DNA of 63,110 nt, filler included, from Octopus bimaculoides (Eukaryota), in the NCBI RefSeq assembly GCF_001194135.2. It is 6 parts of 3 records of this genome, joined end to end, with 100 filler letters (N's around TTAATTAATTAA, not from the genome) between each part and the next. Parts side by side here need not be neighbours in the genome. Positions count along the whole stretch, not along the records: positions 40,749 to 53,321 come from NC_068993.1; positions 53,422 to 55,868 come from NC_068993.1; positions 55,969 to 58,584 come from NW_026414073.1; positions 58,685 to 63,110 come from NC_068993.1; 2 more parts are not named here. One strand, 5' to 3'. Below are positions 51,350 to 63,110 of this stretch, piece after piece. Every line of letters begins with the position of its first letter. The stretch's first letter is position 1. The notes under the pieces are model-generated. The model worked only from the letters and a program-made list of their open reading frames with translations, ran no database searches and was not told where the DNA came from. The translations under genes and the position numbers were made by a program.

Positions 51350-52400
51350 ACATACCATTCCTTGTGCTTCGTCACCTAACAACACTGTCCTCATAACTGG
51401 GGGACACTGCTGCCGCTGCTGCTAAATAGAATGCTGAAGAAAATCTTTTGGCTAACAACGATTCACTTACCAACTCATTATGACCTCTAATATACTGACA
51501 TATTGATTCTTCTCTGTTGCTGCGTCTTGCACCACAATTATAAACGATGCCTGCTCTTCTGAAACAACTAACTCGATACACCCATGGCTCTTCCTTCCTT
51601 TCACCTTCTCTCCCATGCTATATTTCACACTAAACAATTCGCTCAAGGAACTTGCAAACTAGTGAAATGCTCCACTGAGGCAGGGAGCTGGTAGAATCGT
51701 TCACACGTCGGACAAATTCCGCTGGGATAGACTTTGTCTTTCATCCTTTTGAGATCGATAACATAATCACCAGCTGAACATTAGGGTCCTCCCATCAAAA
51801 TTACTGGATTTGAACCCTGCAATGGACTCTTATGGAAAGAGTGATGTTGCACTCAACAGCAATAAAATATTCGATCGTGTTTGACACGAGAATCTCCGAT
51901 GAATAACTACCCACCTAAGATCTCCATTCATCTCTGATTTCTTGGATCGGTGCCTTCCTGTCAGATCTCATTACCGCTAAGATGCAACTCTTTGATCCCT
52001 ACCCTTCTATGATACCAAAATGCATTTAAATTGTTAGCGAATCTGGTTAAGCATTATAATGCCCGACAAAAGTTGTTAGTACATTTCCAACAGAAATATA
52101 GAAATCTGGGTTTATATAACCGTTTTCCGTCGTTGGCTGACGATATTGCAAAGACTGTAACCTCATTTCTTACGCCCGAGATCTTCATTTAATTTCTTCG
52201 TAAGCATTGCCTTTCGTGCGCTAGACGTGGCTTCCGATAATACCTGCAGTCGAACAACGTTGAGACAGAAGTGTCTGCCACCGTTGTGCACTTAAATGTC
52301 TTTGACTTAGCTCTTCAGAATGCAAGTGTCTTCATAAGCTTTGGCGCCTCTGTGAACAGCTGATCGCCTCTTGCTGTGGTCCTTTGCTGACTCTTCTCAT
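51350..52400. pseudogene. scrambled CR1/Jockey-like LINE ORF2 remnants
   Basis: plus strand VLITGD..NDSLTN (endonuclease-like) and VALNSNKIFDRV*HENL (ALDISKAFDRVWH-like); interrupted by a partial SINE A near 51680. Confidence 0.5.
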
Positions 52401-53154
52401 TTTCTTTCATCGATAAAAAAAAAACTCATTAAAACGACTTTGGATGCTCTATCTATTTACTAATTCTTCTATCTATTTACTAATTCTCCATACAATTCTA
52501 CTTACTTGTGGGTTCTGGTGTCATCTATTCATGTAATATACTTTAGCTATCTGAGTGGTCCATATCTACATATTGAGTAGAGCAAACGTTCCATTGCTCT
52601 ACCCCATACTTAGACCCGGACCACACAGATAGCTAAGGTATATTACACGAAAGGATGACACAAGAATCCGTAAGCAAGTAGTATTGTATAGAGAACTAGT
52701 AGAGTTAAGACGAAACACAAGATGTCCAAAATCGTTTTAAGGACCAATCTCCCAGTGTGTATATCTTAGAACTGTACTTTGCTCAGTTTAAGCACCAGAA
52801 GAATTCTTTACTTTTATAAGAGGTACTTTTATGTCTACTATAAGGCGTGAGAAAGCCTCCTTGACCTGGTTACAACCACAAATTACAGCTGTCAAAAGGT
52901 CGCGGAGGTGCGACGAAAGATTTCAGCACTTCATAATAGAGAGTAGTGCTATGTCTGTGTTCTTAAATGGTTAAAGTAATTCATCAGTGATGCTAATTGC
53001 TTCAGCTTCAACAAACTGTTTCAGATCGAGTCACTTGCCAAACAAGTACAACTTGTGTATGTGTATGTATGTATGTATGTATGTATGTATGTATACATAT
53101 ATGATCGCAAGTGTGTAGGTGTTTGAGTATGTGTGTATGCATGTCTGTAAATGT

Positions 53155-53193
<39 letters not shown>

Positions 53194-53282
53194 TTATGTG
53201 TATGAATACACATACACACACATATATATACATATAAACATACATACATATATGTATATATATATATGGATATGTGTATGTA

Positions 53283-53321
<39 letters not shown>

Positions 53322-53464
53322 NNNNNNNNNNNNNNNNNNNNNNNNNNNNNNNNNNNNNNNNNNNNTTAATTAATTAANNNNNNNNNNNNNNNNNNNNNNN
53401 NNNNNNNNNNNNNNNNNNNNNCATCCGCTTCATCAGCTGCCACCATTAAAACTCCGGCGTTTCG

Positions 53465-53524
<60 letters not shown>

Positions 53525-53534
53525 CATATATATA

Positions 53535-53855
53535 CCTTCTTCGGTCATTTATGACTATGGGTCTGCCCCTCGACGGTTCCGCTCCGAGCAAGTTTGTTGA
53601 TGCAAGAGCAGCAGTCGCCTTGACACATACCGACCCCCTCTCTCCACATCACCGATGTTATCCAAGGCTAAAGGCAGAGGCCGATACGGCTTGGCACCAG
53701 CGACGTTGCAACTCATCTCTGCAGCTGAGTGAACTGGAGCAACGTGAAATAAAGTCTCTTGCTCAAGAACACAACCCACAGCCCGGTCCTGGAATCGAAC
53801 TCACTACCTTATGATTGTGAGCACCACACTCAAACCACTGAGCCATGTGCCTTCA
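53535..53855 (-). mobile_element. SINE family D variant
   Basis: reverse-complement tRNA-like head ending at about 53855; CTGAGTGAACTGGAGCAACGTGAAATAAAG body. Confidence 0.8.
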
Positions 53856-54044
53856 GAAGCACATACACGCACACACACAGAGACTCACACACACATACAC
53901 ACAACACACACACACACACACATACACACACACATATATATACATACATACATACATGTACATATATATATGTATATGTATATATATGTGTGTGTGTATG
54001 TATATATATATATATATATATAAAAATGTGTGTGTGTGTCTGTG

Positions 54045-54093
<49 letters not shown>

Positions 54094-54248
54094 AGGGGCG
54101 TGCTAGGTGTGCGCTGCACACTCATCGGAAATGGCAAACTAATTATAAATATTAACCTTACCCGTTAATTTAGTCACAAATCTAAATGAAGAACTTCTGT
54201 TATAACCCTGTTTGAAATTTGGTGGTACTGGGTGTGAGAGCACATCCA

Positions 54249-54710
<462 letters not shown>

Positions 54711-55003
54711 TATATATTTGTATGTGTGTGTGTGTAAACAAAATCGAAACACACGCATGATATGTGTGTTGTTAGTTTGTGGGTAGGCTGCAGTTTTTAG
54801 GTGTAAGAGTATATCTCTTGTGCCTAAAAACTGCACAGCCTTCTTTTTTCTGTCGAGGGCTTATTTGCCCCTTTATTAGACTATTTTCATGAGTCATTGC
54901 ACGGTGATCACCATAAGCTTTAAGCTTATATAAAAAATACCAGTATTATTAAGCAATAATAAATCTCTGAGCAAAATATAAACAATAGCTGCACGACACC
55001 GTA

Positions 55004-55162
55004 AAGTATATTTGTCACTTAACTGTGGCTAACTCCTAAGGTTTGATGCTACTGTAGCTTGTAGCACTAGGAAGACAGCTGGAGGAGATGTCTCCCTGGG
55101 GCTACAAGCTACAGTAGCATCAACCCTTAAGGGTTAGCCACATTTAAGCGGTAAATATACTT
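55004..55162. repeat. fold-back element with ~68-bp inverted arms
   Basis: AAGTATATTT..GATGCTACTGTAGCTTGTAGC / GCTACAAGCTACAGTAGCATC..AAATATACTT. Confidence 0.85.
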
Positions 55163-55233
55163 CACTATCATTATTATTTACAGGATTGTAAAAACAGCGC
55201 CGTATAAAAAAAAAAAAAACATTCGCACCGAAA

Positions 55234-55277
<44 letters not shown>

Positions 55278-55676
55278 GGTTTCCACACACATTCTGTCCA
55301 CCAAATTCGTTCCTCATAAGGCCTTGATCGGTCCAGGGCTGTAGTTAGAAACACTTGCTCAAAGTACCGTGCAGCGGGATTAAATTCGACACCACGTGTA
55401 TACGAACCAAGCTGTTGACCACAGAGCCACGTCTCCGCTTACTTTTTGCAGTTCGAAACGCTTGTAGAAATTCAATGGGTTGAAACATTAAAGTATATTA
55501 ACAATAAAAGTTGACACAGTCGCCTTGTTTAGCACGTTACACATCATACAATATTGTTAACAGCATCGAGTCGTGATTGCTGAGATAAATTAATATGCAC
55601 GTGTATAAACGCATTCACACTTTGAGAAGAAGAAAAAAACACAATGAAATGAAAGAATAACAAAAAATACGCAGAC

Positions 55677-55833
55677 CTTTAAATTCACCAGCTGCAAATT
55701 TCTCGCTTAACTCATTCAAATCGAGTGGCTTCTTCTCCATGTTACTAAGTTACAGATAGTAGTTCTTCTGTCTTAACTTCACTGTACAACGTCACTGAGA
55801 GATATGTTGTTCTTGAAGGCAGCTCGTAACAAA
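55677..55833 (-). CDS. candidate start-codon exon encoding MEKKPLDLNELSEKFAAGEFK
   Basis: AACATGG Kozak context at 55740 with an in-frame upstream stop, AAG|GTCTGC donor followed by T-rich sequence, TGCAG acceptor at 55834; no homology recognised. Confidence 0.3.
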
Positions 55834-56559
55834 CTGCAGCATTTCACAAGATATAAAATTACAATATANNNNNNNNNNNNNNNNNNNNNNNNNNNNNNNN
55901 NNNNNNNNNNNNTTAATTAATTAANNNNNNNNNNNNNNNNNNNNNNNNNNNNNNNNNNNNNNNNNNNNCTTTCACACATGCACACACACACACACATTGA
56001 GCTTCGTTCAGTTTCTCTCAAACTAAATCCACTCTCAAGGTTTTGGTCGGTCCGAAGCTATAGGAGAAGACACTTGCCCAAGGTGCCATGCAGTGGGACT
56101 GAACCCAGAACCATGTGGTCAGAAAGCTACTCTAACAACAACACCAGCAACAGTAGGAAAACAGCAAATTACAATAACAAACAGCAGTTAGGTACCAATG
56201 GTGGCGGTGGGAGGTGAGCCTCCAAAACCCTGACTCCCACCCCATAACATCAACAACAACAACCAGTAGTAGTCAGGTACTGGTGACTGATGGGGTAGGG
56301 GAAGAAGTCTCCTCACACCACCTCCATCGCCACCATAACAACAACAGTGACAACAACAGGAGATATATTGTCAGCTATGTTCAAAACTAAATATAGAAAT
56401 GATGCAAGTGAGTTTTAGATGAAGGCTTACTGAGAAACTCAGGGTCAAACACAGAGCAAACAGATGTTGATGTTTCAGCCCTAGGCCAACAACGACTGGC
56501 CAACACCTATGATCAAAAAAACGAGGCACTATCCAGAGCAAATCAATGTTAGTTTTACC

Positions 56560-56608
<49 letters not shown>

Positions 56609-56661
56609 TGTCTGTCCTGTTATGTCCAATTCTATGTACGATCCTATGATTAGAATAAAGA

Positions 56662-56689
<28 letters not shown>

Positions 56690-56697
<8 letters not shown>

Positions 56698-57004
56698 CAT
56701 CATTGAGTGAGAGAGCAGGGCATGCCATCAAAGTGACACTGGGGTAAAATATACAAAGCCCAATATACCCATCATGACTACGTGTTTGATAAGGGTACAC
56801 CAGGCACATGCATCACAACCATATGTGCTTGACATGGTGATCTCATACCAAGATAAACAGCACATAACCTTGTTTGTGAGGCCCAGTTAGAATTTTCTTC
56901 AGATCGAGTAACCCATCCTTCTCAAAAGGTCCCTGAATAAGGTTTGTTTAAGGATGTTGTATGAAACACCCATGTTTCCAGAGGGAAATTATTCAAACCT
57001 CTCA
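56690..57004 (-). repeat. interspersed repeat family F with (AAT)n tail
   Basis: matches about 17890-18160; (TTA)n tracts at about 56555-56700. Confidence 0.75.
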
Positions 57005-57342
57005 NNNNNNNNNNNNNNNNNNNNNNNNNNNNNNNNNNNNNNNNNNNNNNNNNNNNNNNNNNNNNNNNNNNNNNNNNNNNNNNNNNNNNNNNNNNNNNNN
57101 NNNNNNNNNNNNNNNNNNNNNNNNNNNNNNNNNNNNNNNNNNNNNNNNNNNNNNNNNNNNNNNNNNNNNNNNNNNNNNNNNNNNNNNNNNNNNNNNNNNN
57201 NNNNNNNNNNNNNNNNNNNNNNNNNNNNNNNNNNNNNNNNNNNNNNNNNNNNNNNNNNNNNNNNNNNNNNNNNNNNNNNNNNNNNNNNNNNNNNNNNNNN
57301 NNNNNNNNNNNNNNNNNNNNNNNNNNNNNNNNNNNNNNNNNN

Positions 57343-57393
<51 letters not shown>

Positions 57394-58316
57394 TTGCATG
57401 TCTGTGTTTGTCCCCCCACCCCACCCACCATCGCTTGACAACCAATGTTGGTGTGTTTACATTCCTGTAACTTAGCGGTTTGGTGAAAAAGACCGATAGA
57501 ATAAAATACTAGGCATATAAAGAATAAGTCCTGGGGTCGATTTGTTCAACAAAAAGGTGGTGCTCCAGCATGGCCACAATCAAATGACAAACAAATAAAA
57601 GTGTGTGTGTGTGTGTGAGTGTATGTGTATATACAATGGGCTTCTTTCAGTTTCTATCTGCCAAATCCACTCACAAAGCTTTGGTCGGCCCAAAGCTATA
57701 ATAAAATACACTTGCAGTGGGACTGAACCCAGAACCATGTGGCTGGGAAACAAAGTTGCCAAGCAACTTGAAATGGAAAAACTTTTTCAGCTGGGTGAGG
57801 TTACAAGCAGGGAGGGGAAGCAACTTTACGTCAGATGTCGAGAGGCTGAAGGTTGTTAGAAAGACAGAGACAGGAACAGATGTGTTACTCTAGAAGAGAT
57901 ACATGGCTACCATCAAAGGATTGCAACAAGCTCCACTATTTTGCTTTGGTGAGTGTGGTTTCTACAGCCAGATGCCCTTCCCTGTGACACTCACTTAACA
58001 GAGTGTATTGGGTACTTTCTAGCATAGCACTGGTACTTGTGAGGTTCTCGGCTGTGTGGGGTTATAGCAGGGAGGAAAGTAACTTTATGGCCATATGTTG
58101 AAAGGCTGAAGTATGATAGACAAATTATGATGTATGATAGACATTGTACAGGTGTCTTATTATAGAGGAGATACGTAGCTAACCATTGCTTCCTTGTACA
58201 TAATAAAAGCATGGGTAGGAGTGACTGTTGAGATAAAGATAGCAGTGGCCCGGTGTCTGGGTGTATGATGTACCCTAAAGAGGAGTCTATGAAGGGGTGC
58301 TGAAAAATTCCTGGCT

Positions 58317-58535
58317 TTAACCCTTTAGCATTTAAACCGGCCAAAAGTATTCTGCCTGTTTTATGTTCACACTGGCCAGATCTGGTCTCTCACACCAGCC
58401 CTACAATATTGTTTTAAAAATTAACAGCTACCTCATCAAAATCTCATAGCTACAAGATAATGCTTGATTAGTTCAAACCAATGTGGATAAAAAAGCATTA
58501 ATTATGGCAGAATAATGTGAACATTAAAGGGTTAA
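58317..58535. mobile_element. TTAA MITE inserted into a mariner-like terminus
   Basis: TTAA-CCCTTTAGCATT..TTAAAGGG-TTAA; preceded by TA-TGAAGGGGTGCTGAAAAATTCCTGGCT (mariner TIR-like, 58288-58316). Confidence 0.8.
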
Positions 58536-58684
58536 GGCCAAGTTTTGAGTCCCAACATTCAGATTTTTTTTTTTTTTTTTTTTTNNNNNNNNNNNNNNNN
58601 NNNNNNNNNNNNNNNNNNNNNNNNNNNNTTAATTAATTAANNNNNNNNNNNNNNNNNNNNNNNNNNNNNNNNNNNNNNNNNNNN

Positions 58685-58719
<35 letters not shown>

Positions 58720-59196
58720 GCATATGTGCATATGTTTGTGTATAGCATGTGTGTATATAAGATGATGAAAAAAACTTCTTAGCAGCTGAAATTTCAACAG
58801 ATTCCGACACGGAATCCATAACATACAGCTGGAAGTTCTTACTGCTTTGTCTGTCTTTGAATAGAATTCTGGTAATTTGAAATGGTATTGTGTACGTATG
58901 TATGTATATATGTGTGCATGATTTCATGTACGTACGTACGTACGCATGTATGTATGTATGTATGTATGTATGTATNNNNNNNNNNATATGCATATATATG
59001 TATATGTATATATATATATATGTATATGTATATATGCATATGTACTATTATATATATATATTTATATATATGTATGTGCATGCATATGAATGTGATCGTG
59101 TGTGTGCGTGTGTGCGTGTGTATGAATGTGAGTGTGTATCTGTGTCTGTGTGTATGTGTATGTACGTGTGCCTGTGTGTATCAAGTTGTTGCTGTT

Positions 59197-59566
59197 ATTA
59201 CCTCCACCTTAGCGAAGACGGAGATGTTGTTTCAGTTGTGTTTGTTTGTTTGTTTGTCCGTGGACAAGATATCTCAAGAACCGCCGAATGGATTCGGATG
59301 AAACTTTCAGGGATGTTTGACCTCATGACTGGCATGAACTGATTAGATTTTGGGATCGATTCGGTACCGGTCAAGGATTCTGGATTATTTTTCCGTTTGT
59401 CTTTACTTAATCTTTGAGAGCGGTTCGGTTCATTGTTAGTATTCTTGTTTGTGAGAGCAGTTGAGTTTATTTCAGATATTCTCATTTTAAAAATCATCTC
59501 TGGCTAATTGTTGAGAGGACGTTAGTGTTGCCTTGGCAGAGGTTTGCTCTCCGTGAGTGTCTTATT
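59197..59566 (+). mobile_element. Helentron-associated non-autonomous element (HINE/DINE-like)
   Basis: 5' ATTACCTCCACC, GTTT microsatellite, GGATT..GATGAAACTTTCAGG, 3' sub-TIR CCTTGGCAGAGGT plus short terminal hairpin. Confidence 0.75.
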
Positions 59567-59579
59567 AATTAGCCACAAA

Positions 59580-59765
59580 AGGTGGCAAGCTGACAGAATT
59601 GTTACTACGTTGGGCGAAATGCTTAGCTGTATTTCGCCCATCGATACGTTCTGAGTTCAAATTCCGCTGAGGTCGACTTTACCTTTCGATAAATTAAGAA
59701 CCAGTTGAGTACTGGGGTCAATGTAATTGACTATCCCCCTCCCCCAAATTTCAGGCCTTGTGCTG
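59580..59765 (+). mobile_element. SINE family A
   Basis: family A motifs. Confidence 0.8.
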
Positions 59766-59819
59766 TTCAATGCTTAAAAAAATCTTGTATTTTTACAATG
59801 AAATACTTTAAGGAATTGT

Positions 59820-60128
59820 ATACTCTTTTACTTGTTTCAGTCATTTGAATGTGGCCATGCTGGAGCACCGCCTTTAGTCGAGCAAATCGACTCCAGGACT
59901 TATTCTTTGGAAGCCTAGTACTTATTCTATCGGTCTCTTTTACCGAACNNNNNNNNNNNNNNNNNNNNNNNNNNNNNNNNNNNNNNNNNNNNNNNNNNNN
60001 NNNNNNNNNNNNNNNNNNNNNNNNNNNNNNNNNNNNNNNNNNNNNNNNNNNNNNNNNNNNNNNNNNNNNNNNNNNNNNNNNNNNNNNNNNNNNNNNNNNN
60101 NNNNNNNNNNNNNNCAATGTTGTGGGGA

Positions 60129-60172
<44 letters not shown>

Positions 60173-60320
60173 CATATATACGACGGGCTTCTTTCAGTTT
60201 CCGTCTACGAAATCCACTCACAAGGCTTTGGTCAGCCCGAGGCTATAGCAGAAGGCACTTGCCCAAGGTGCCACGCAGTGGGACTGAACCCAGAACCATG
60301 TGGTTGGCAAACAAGCTACT
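59820..60320 (-). mobile_element. SINE family B, near full length, spanning a gap
   Basis: reverse complement of 54249-54710. Confidence 0.85.
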
Positions 60321-60834
60321 TACCACACAGCCACTCCTGCGCCAATAAAATTTTAAAAAAATATTTTGTGTATTGCAGATGTATAACCAAGTTATTGCTC
60401 ATAAATTTTGACAATAACATTTTATATGGACCCCACCAAAGCTTACATGGACTCTAGTTGAGAACTACTAGTTTAAACAATAGGTAAATTATGAGATGAA
60501 CAGCACTAACATTCGTAGCTAGAATCGATAAATTAAGCTTGTTTGTATGCATATATATATTATACAGGCAAAAGTTAGGAAATTACTTAACGCTACAGGC
60601 GCATTGGTTGTCTTTATTTGATGTATGAAAATACCAACCAATTTTGACAATATCTTTTACATTATACTTTAGTTTATTGTTTATAATTGACATGCGCGTG
60701 TGGTATATATTCAGTTTTGCTTATTTATTTAATCACTTTTAGAAGCCTGCTATTATTGCTTATAATGGCGTTGCTATTTATGATAATTTTACATTTAAAT
60801 TATTTTTGAAGTTGATATTTAAATAGGAAACAAG

Positions 60835-61060
60835 ACGGTGAGCTAGCTGAATCGTTTAACACACCGGGCAAAAATGCTTAACAGTATTTCAGCATTTCGT
60901 CCGTCTTAACGTTCTGCGTTCAAATTCCGCCGAGGTCGACTTTGCCTTTTATTCTTTCGGGGGTCAATGAATTAAGTACCAGTTGAACACTGGGGTTTCT
61001 GTAATCGACTTACTCTCTACCCCCGAAATTGCTGGCCTTGCGCCAAAATTTGAAACCAAT
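60835..61060 (+). mobile_element. SINE family A (CpG retained)
   Basis: GGTGAGCTAGCTGAATCG..TTCCGCCGAGGTCGACTTTGCC. Confidence 0.85.
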
Positions 61061-61442
61061 ATTTAAATAGGAAGCCAAAAATTGCACAGATGCATCCGCC
61101 GCTCTTCTTACCGCCCTGTTTGACACAAGTACTCATAAAATAAATCTTCTACCATCTCAGGGGCGATATCATCCGCTTTGAGAAGTACTTACCTACACAG
61201 TTTCTCGCTATAGAGGACTATATTATCGAGGGCGTCCATTCCAAGACTTAGTGCGTGACGGTAGTATGTAAGGGAGATCTGGCTGTTTTTTTTTTCTATC
61301 AGACTGGACGATTGAGTGGTGCCTCCTATTTGGTTAGCGACTGAGCTGTAGGTGTTAATATGAAGGTTGGTGTCGGGTGCGGTCTAGTGGAGAATCGGTA
61401 TGTGTGTGTAAATGTTTGTACCTATGTGAATACGTGTCTGTC

Positions 61443-61791
61443 GAGGCGCAATGGCCCAGTGGTTAGGGCAGCGGGTTCACGGTCATAGGATCACGGTTTC
61501 GATTCCCAGACCGGGCGTTGTGAGTGTTTATTGAGCGAAAACACCTAAAGCTCCACGAGACTCCGGCAGGGGATGGTGGTGAACCCTGCTGTACTCTTCC
61601 ATCACAACTTTCTCTCACTCTTACCTCCTGTTTCTGTTGTGCCTGGAATTCAAAGGGTCAGCCTTGTCACATTGTGTCACGCTGAATATCCCCGAGGAAT
61701 ACGTTAAGGGTACACGTGTATGTGGAGTGCTCAGCCACTTGCACGTTAATTTCACGAGCAGGCTGTTCCATTGATTGGATCACCTGGAACC
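61443..61791 (+). mobile_element. SINE family C
   Basis: GAGGCGCAATGGCCCAGTGGTTAGGG head; matches 9185-9576. Confidence 0.9.
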
Positions 61792-62709
61792 NNNNNNNNN
61801 NNNNNNNNNNNNNNNNNNNNNNNNNNNNNNNNNNNNNNNNNNNNNNNNNNNNNNNNNNNNNNNNNNNNNNNNNNNNNNNNNNNNNNNNNNNNNNNNNNNN
61901 NNNNNNNNNNNNNNNNNNNNNNNNNNNNNNNNNNNNNNNNNNNNNNNNNNNNNNNNNNNNNNNNNNNNNNNNNNNNNNNNNNNNNNNNNNNNNNNNNNNN
62001 NNNNNNNNNNNNNNNNNNNNNNNNNNNNNNNNNNNNNNNNNNNNNNNNNNNNNNNNNNNNNNNNNNNNNNNNNNNNNNNNNNNNNNNNNNNNNNNNNNNN
62101 NNNNNNNNNNNNNNNNNNNNNNNNNNNNNNNNNNNNNNNNNNNNNNNNNNNNNNNNNNNNNNNNNNNGTATACATTTAATATAAGCTCTTGGAGCAAATC
62201 AATCAATTGATCAATCAATCAATCAATAAGTCAATTTATCAATAAGTCAATCTATCTATCTATCTGTCTGTCTGTCTGCCTGTCTGTCTATCTATTTATC
62301 TATCTATCTATTTGTCTGTCTATCTATCTCGATATATCTATAAACCTTTGTCACATGCACGTATTCACTCTCTCTTTCTTTCACATATACACACAGGGAC
62401 TTTGTCTGTCTGTCTGTTTGTCTGTCTTATAACGGAGAGGGTTGCAAAAACCTTTGGATGTCTAGAAATATTTGTTTAGCCATTGATATATTCGTAAATA
62501 ATTATGACTTGTTTACGATATATCCTTTGCAATGTATTTTACATTCCTCTTTAATTACACACGTACATACGTACATACATACATACATACATACATGCAT
62601 ACATACATACATACACAAACACTAACTAGAAAACAGAACCCAAACCCTTGTCTTATTTAGTACAAGAGACAAAAAGAGTGCGGTGAACTTGTTACAGCGA
62701 GTAGAATGA

Positions 62710-62742
62710 TCCAACGTTTCGGACAGAATCCTTCTTCGTGGA
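62710..62742 (-). ncRNA. hammerhead-like motif with degenerate core
   Basis: UCC-ACGAAGA-A-GGAU-UCU-GUCC-GAA-ACGU-U-GGA; same architecture as 40345 but core positions C3/U4 altered. Confidence 0.4.
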
Positions 62743-62904
62743 AAAATTGACAGGAGAGAAGTTCGTGAGTGTTTGCAATCATTGAGGAACACAGGACCAT
62801 GAGAGCAACATGCCTGAACAGGAAGTGGTAGGAGAAAGAAACAGGGTGAGACAAGTGAAAGGGAAGAGAAATGAAATAAGGAAGAGAAGCGGGCAAAGCT
62901 GAGA

Positions 62905-63060
62905 ATGAGACGAGCTTCTTTCAGTTTCCGACTGACAAATTTACTGACAAGGCTTTATTCAGCCCGAGGCTATAGTAGAAGACATTTGCCCAGGGTGACA
63001 GAACCGGGAACGATATGGTTGGGAAGCAAGCTTCTTACCACAAAACCACGCCTACGCCTA
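62905..63060 (-). mobile_element. SINE family B 5' half
   Basis: reverse-complement family B head. Confidence 0.75.
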
Positions 63061-63110
63061 TATGTATGTGTGTGTGTGTGTGTGTAAGTATATATATATA
63101 TATTCCAAAT

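Noticed and set aside
53422-53464. Minus-strand GAAACGCC..CUGAUGA, possibly halves of tandem hammerheads
   Set aside because: It lacks U16.1, is bounded by a gap and a microsatellite, and the stems cannot be verified.

Overview
AT-rich, microsatellite-dense eukaryotic genomic DNA with many assembly gaps. The repeat families look like those of coleoid cephalopods, probably Octopus; this is inference from recalled repeat sequences, not a database search. No complete or nameable protein-coding gene is visible, and nearly all listed ORFs are microsatellite, gap or transposon artefacts. The window is mostly transposable-element debris: several tRNA-derived SINE families, a truncated Ty3/Gypsy element with one LTR, five mariner pieces (one full-length degenerate, one fold-back derivative), degenerate CR1/L2/Jockey-like, RTE and R4/Dong-like LINEs, two tandem Helitrons, a Helentron-type HINE, hAT and TTAA MITEs, and a cluster of Penelope-like elements (PLEs) at 35.5-40.6 kb. 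The most interesting signal is a set of minimal type-I hammerhead ribozyme motifs on the minus strand (35565-35610, 37991-38027, 40345-40390, 62710-62742). In the two copies of one PLE family, the hammerhead lies about 55-100 nt downstream of an embedded tRNA-like Pol III promoter module and an (AAT)n tract. Also seen: a CpG-decay boundary near 40 kb, several fold-back hairpins, and low-confidence candidate exons on both strands.
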